From: Camelus ferus
Taxonomy: Eukaryota
Direction: 5' to 3'
NCBI RefSeq assembly: GCF_009834535.1
Contig: NC_045717.1
Coordinates: 19,716,001-19,780,000 of the forward strand
Length of the DNA: 64,000 bases
Part shown: one piece after another, positions 58,743 through 64,000 of the stretch
How the letters are laid out: the number at the start of each line of letters is the position of its first letter
How positions within the stretch are numbered: the stretch's first letter is position 1
Notes under the pieces: model-generated
Database searches by the model: none
What the model was told of the DNA's origin: nothing
The model's input: only the letters and a program-made list of their open reading frames with translations
Translations under genes and position numbers: made by a program

Positions 58743-59357
58743 CCTGATGTACTGGTGCTCCGGCCTGGAGTGTGAGCTTGGTGTCACCCCAGGGCTCTGC
58801 CCGAGCCTGCCTGGGGCTGCGATGCTGAGGACATGCATGTGTCTGTGAGACGGTGCATGAAAACCTAGGTGACAGCCACTGCTGTGCGAGTCTGGGTGCA
58901 TTTTGGGGATCACGTGTGCCTGCGTGTCCCCGGGGAGGTCGGTCTGGCTGTGAGTCATTACTGTATCCCTGTTTGTGTGCCCGTGAGTGTGCACATCTGT
59001 GAGGAATCGGGAGACACCTGAGGACGAGGCACCTGCCTGTATGACAGCACCTGTGTGCGAACCACGTGGGCGTGGATGCGTGTGACTCATGCTGGCGTGT
59101 AAGTTAGGACTCTGACCCGAGGTGTGTGCTTGTGCAGTGGGAGCGGGGATTGGCTAATGCCAGGGCGGGGGCGGGGTTGCAGGGAGGGATGTGCGTGCTC
59201 TTCTGTCCAGCATCCAGGGAGTGGTGTGTGCCGCTGTGGCCATGGCAGGGAGGGGAGGCTGGGCCAGGTACACACCTGGCCCCCACAAGCCCAAAGTCCC
59301 CCTTTGCCCCTCACTACAGCCCGGCCAAGCCACGCCCTGAGGAGCATTCACTTCATG

Positions 59358-59363
59358 TTTATT
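59358..59363 (-). terminator. GNG14: GNG14 polyadenylation signal
   Basis: TTTATT on +, only 27 nt past the TGA stop. Confidence 0.75.
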
Positions 59364-59390
59364 GAGGCCCCCTGGGTGGTCAGGATGGGG

Positions 59391-59828
<438 letters not shown>

Positions 59829-60719
59829 TCAGCTGAGGACTCCGGCTGACTCCTGCCGCTCAGTCCTCCTCCTGCAGCCCCACTCTGGCTCCCTCCTCCA
59901 CTGGCCTGGCCCCTCCAACCCCCTCCTCTCCCTCCCTCACCCCTGCAGAGACTTTGAAGCCAGGGTGCTCGTGGAGTGAAATGTCACGAGCAGCAGCAGC
60001 AGCAGCTGTGGAGGCTGAGGGGGTCCCTGCCCCAGGAGGCCCAGTGGCTGCCCTGGTGTCATGTGTCACCTTGGCTGGGGGAGTGTGGGGGCCCTGGCCT
60101 CTCATTGACCTGCTTGATTCCCTGCTAACTGGCCTCCACACTCTTCCTTTGCCAGCCTCTGCCCCTGCTCCAATATGCAGAGGTGCAGCGCGGACCCCGG
60201 TTTGGGTGCAGCCCTGCCTCTCCTCTCTCTACCTACCCTCACTGCTGAGGAATCTTATCCACAGGCGACTCAATCCCTCATGTATGTGGATGGCTTCCTC
60301 TGCCTCATCTCAGCCCCTTCCCTGATCTCAGACCCACCTGGGGACCCTCCTCCCTCCTCAGTTCATCACACCCATCTCTGGTTTGTGTCTTAGCTCACTT
60401 GGCTGTACTCTGGGTCATCTTTCCCAAAATCTTCCCTCAGATTCACCACTATCCACCCAACTGCCCTGGCTCAAATCTTTAACTCCTTCATTCCTTTCTT
60501 TCCATATTCCTACATCTAATCCTTCCACAAGAGCCATCAGATCAACCTTCAAATTAGGTTGTTAATCTGGTCACTTCTTTTCACCCTGTTGGTAGCATCT
60601 GGGTCCATCCCTCGGCCCCTCGCAATCTCAGCTTGGCCTGGACCCAGGCAGTCGCCTGGTCTCCCCTGCCCTGCACATCCCCTACCCCTGTTCTCCTCAA
60701 GTCAGCCAGTGAGATCTGT

Positions 60720-61060
60720 TAAATAAATCACATTACAATGTGGATGAATCTTGAGGACATTATGCTAAGTGAAGTAAGCCAGTCACAGAACGACAGAAAG
60801 GGTATGATTCGAGGTACCTAGAGTAGTCAAATCCATAGTGACAGAAAGTAGAATGGGGTTTGTTGGGGGCTGAGGGGAGTGGGGACGGAGTTAGTGTTTG
60901 ATGCGCACAAAGTTTCAGTCTGGGAAGGTGAAAACATCCTGGAGGTGGATGGTGGAGATGGTTGTATAACAGTGTGAATGTACTTAATGCTTCTGAACTG
61001 TGCACTTAAAAATGGTTGTTGTGCAAGTTTTATGTTCTGTGTATCTTACCACAATAACAA
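60720..61060 (+). mobile_element. Old LINE-1 (L1MB-like) 3' fragment
   Basis: tggatgaatcttgaggacattatgctaagtgaagtaagccagtcacag...tacttaatgcttctgaactgtgcacttaaaaatgg...ttaccacaataa. Confidence 0.8.
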
Positions 61061-61066
61061 AATTAG

Positions 61067-61200
61067 AGGAGGGAGGTATAGCTCAGTGGTAGAGCACGTG
61101 TGTAGCATGCACAAGGTCCTGGGTTCAATCCCCAGTACCTCTATTAAAATAAATAAGTAAATAAAAACTTAATTACTTCCCTGCCAAAATATAAACAAAA
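61067..61200 (+). mobile_element. tRNA-derived SINE (camelid-type, from recollection)
   Basis: gggaggtatagctcagtggtagagcacgtgtgtagcatgcacaaggtcctgggttcaatccccagtacc plus an aaataaataa tail. Possible target-site duplication aacaaaatt on both sides. Confidence 0.85.
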
Positions 61201-61739
61201 TTGGAAACAATAAATCAGAATCTTTCAGTCCATTTTTAAAACTCTCCTATGGTTCCTATGTTTTCCCAGCCTCTTAGAATAAAATTCACCCTCCTTAGAC
61301 AGCCCACAGGACCTGTCTGGTCTGGCACCTTCTGTCCTCTGTGAATTCATTTCTTCTCAACCCCTCCCTCCTTTGTTCTTCATGGATCATGCTGACATCT
61401 TTGGGTGTGTTCATCCATTTTTGCCAAAATCCCTATTTGTGCCTGGCACTGTGCAGAGTAAAAGGAATAGCAGTGGAACCAGACAAAAACCCTGCCCTCA
61501 CAGAGCTGCTGTGCTAGTCAGGGAGGAGCAAACAATAGCAAACAAAATGTATTAAGTGCTGTGAAAGACAAAAGCAAGGTCAGAGTGAGAGCAGGTGGTC
61601 AAGGCAGGCCTCCTAGAGGCCGTGACATTTGGACTGAGGCCCAGAGGAGCAGGAGCTGGGGAAGTGGGTGCCCCAGGCTAAGAGAGCATGGCAGCGGCAT
61701 TGCCCCCTGGCCAGGAAAGAGCTTGGTGAATTCTAGAAC

Positions 61740-61840
61740 ACCTGGATATAAACAGCAAATCTTGTTGTACACCCGAAACTAATATAATGTTATTATAATA
61801 TAATGTCAACTATATTTCAATTTTTAAAAAAAGAAAAAAG
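61740..61840 (+). mobile_element. Short 5'-truncated LINE-1 3' tail inserted in an L2 remnant
   Basis: gtacacccgaaactaatataatgtta...tgtcaactatatttcaatttttaaaaaaagaaaaaa resembles a laurasiatherian L1 3' end with an A tail. Confidence 0.6.
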
Positions 61841-62979
61841 CACTTGAATTTGGAGACCTATTCTGCAAGTAGAATGAGGCAGGCTGAGAGATGGATGTGG
61901 GGTCTGAGAGGAGGGGGAGACATCAGGCTCAACTCCCCTGCTAGATGAGTGGAGGGTAGGGCTGTTTGCTGAGATGTGGAAGACGCAGGAAGATCAGGGT
62001 GAGCTGGAGAGGGAACTGAGGTGGTGAGTCTGAGATCCAAGTGGGGACTGTCAGGGAGGATGTTCTGTTCCTCTAATTAAGCAGGCTCAGTTCCAGCCTC
62101 AGGGCCTTGGCATTGGCTGTTTTCTCTCCCAGTGGGGGACCGCAGGGGAATGGCCTCCCAGAGATCATCACATAGGGGGCCTTTCTTGGTATTCTGGCCT
62201 TGGCTCAAATATCACCTCCTTGGGGGTCTTTCCCAAACCACCTCTCCCTCCAAATAAAACCACCAACTCCTCCACCCACCCCATCCCAAAGACTCTCACA
62301 TCAGCCTGTTTAAATCCTAAATAGCACTTACCACTCTTACCCTTCCAGCTCCCTAAACTGTGGGCTCCAGAAGGGCAGGGTCTGCATCTTGTTCGCTGAT
62401 AAATTTGCAGCACCCAGCACAGAGTCCGAAGTATAGTCTAGACTCTATAAACTGCAGAGTGAGTGATTAAAGCAGCCCTCTCGGGACCAGACCCTATGCG
62501 TGGTGAGGAGGACCAATGAGATACAGACTCCACCCTCTAGGATCTCACAATCTTGCTGGAGTTGAAGAAATGTCAGCCCTGAATCCCATAGGAGGTCCCT
62601 TACCCAGAGAATGGTCAGGGAAGACTTCCCAGAGGAGGTGACGGCAGCAATTCCTGGAGGAAGGAAGACCAAAGGATTATGCATCATGTGGAGGCTCTGG
62701 AGACTTGCAAGACACGAATAAGGATCACTATCCCATTTGACGAGAGAAGCTCAGAAGCAGAAACTATCTGATACTTCCTGAGGATTCGAATTCTGTCCAA
62801 GAAGCCATCCTCTCTCTAGAATAGCTTTGTAAGCCGTCTAAGAAGCCATCCACTTTCTAAGAGCACAGAAACGAACCGGCAAGAGCCACGCAATGAGATG
62901 GATCTCCAGCAGGCGGCAGTGAAAGTAAGAATCTTCATTCATCTGAGACTGAAAACACGCGTAACAGGAAATACCGGCT

Positions 62980-63595
<616 letters not shown>

Positions 63596-64000
63596 TGACA
63601 TCCAGTATCAGGAGTCGGTTGGGACTGATCTAGGTATGGGGCGCGTTTTAGGCAGCGTGTGAGAGTTCTGGAATGGGCGGAGCCTGGGGCAAGACCTTGC
63701 GGTTGTGGGAGAACTTGGAGGACCCTATGTCAGGGCGGGACCTGAGCTTGGATTTGTCCTTCCCAGTGGGTGGAGGGGTCGGGTCTTCAAAAGTGTTGCT
63801 CTCCAACTCCTGAAAGGGAGGAGAGCCTGAGCGTGTGACCTAAGAGTTGGGCTGTGAACAGGGCGGAGCCTGCATAGGGGTGTGCGTTCTCTGGTTCCAG
63901 GTAGAGGTAGTCTCATATTCCTGAGTGGGCAGGGTCTGGAGGCGGAGTCTCACTGTGAAACCACCTGGGGTCCTTGGGCTGGAGTTTGGGGCCTGACCTT

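Noticed and set aside
59991-60006. (CAG)5 repeat upstream of GNG14
   Set aside because: Too short to be notable and non-coding.

Overview
GC-rich, gene-dense mammalian genomic DNA. It matches the conserved block HOOK2(+)-BEST2(-)-GET3/ASNA1(-)-TRIR(+)-TNPO2(+, hosting two C/D snoRNAs)-FBXW9(+)-GNG14(-)-DHPS(+, exon 1 only). From recollection this is orthologous to human 19p13, where JUNB would lie just left of the window. I spliced the genes by hand and obtained intact frames: HOOK2 717 aa, BEST2 516 aa, GET3 348 aa, TNPO2 897/887 aa, FBXW9 458 aa and GNG14 72 aa. TRIR is interrupted by two N-gaps. Two tRNA-derived SINEs of a type I recall from camelids, with no Alu, B1, Bov-tA or PRE-1 seen, suggest a camel/alpaca/llama genome (inference). 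Most ORF-track entries are shadow ORFs. I found no convincing wholly new system. The best leads are: an intact, prenylatable GNG14 with an in-frame retainable intron; a second SNORD41-type snoRNA with a variant C box; a C/D-framed intronic 12-mer complementary to both minor-spliceosome signals of the nearby TNPO2 U12 intron; a GC-AG intron in GET3; and a phased CCAAT array in the GET3/TRIR bidirectional promoter. Repeat classifications and boundaries are by eye and approximate.
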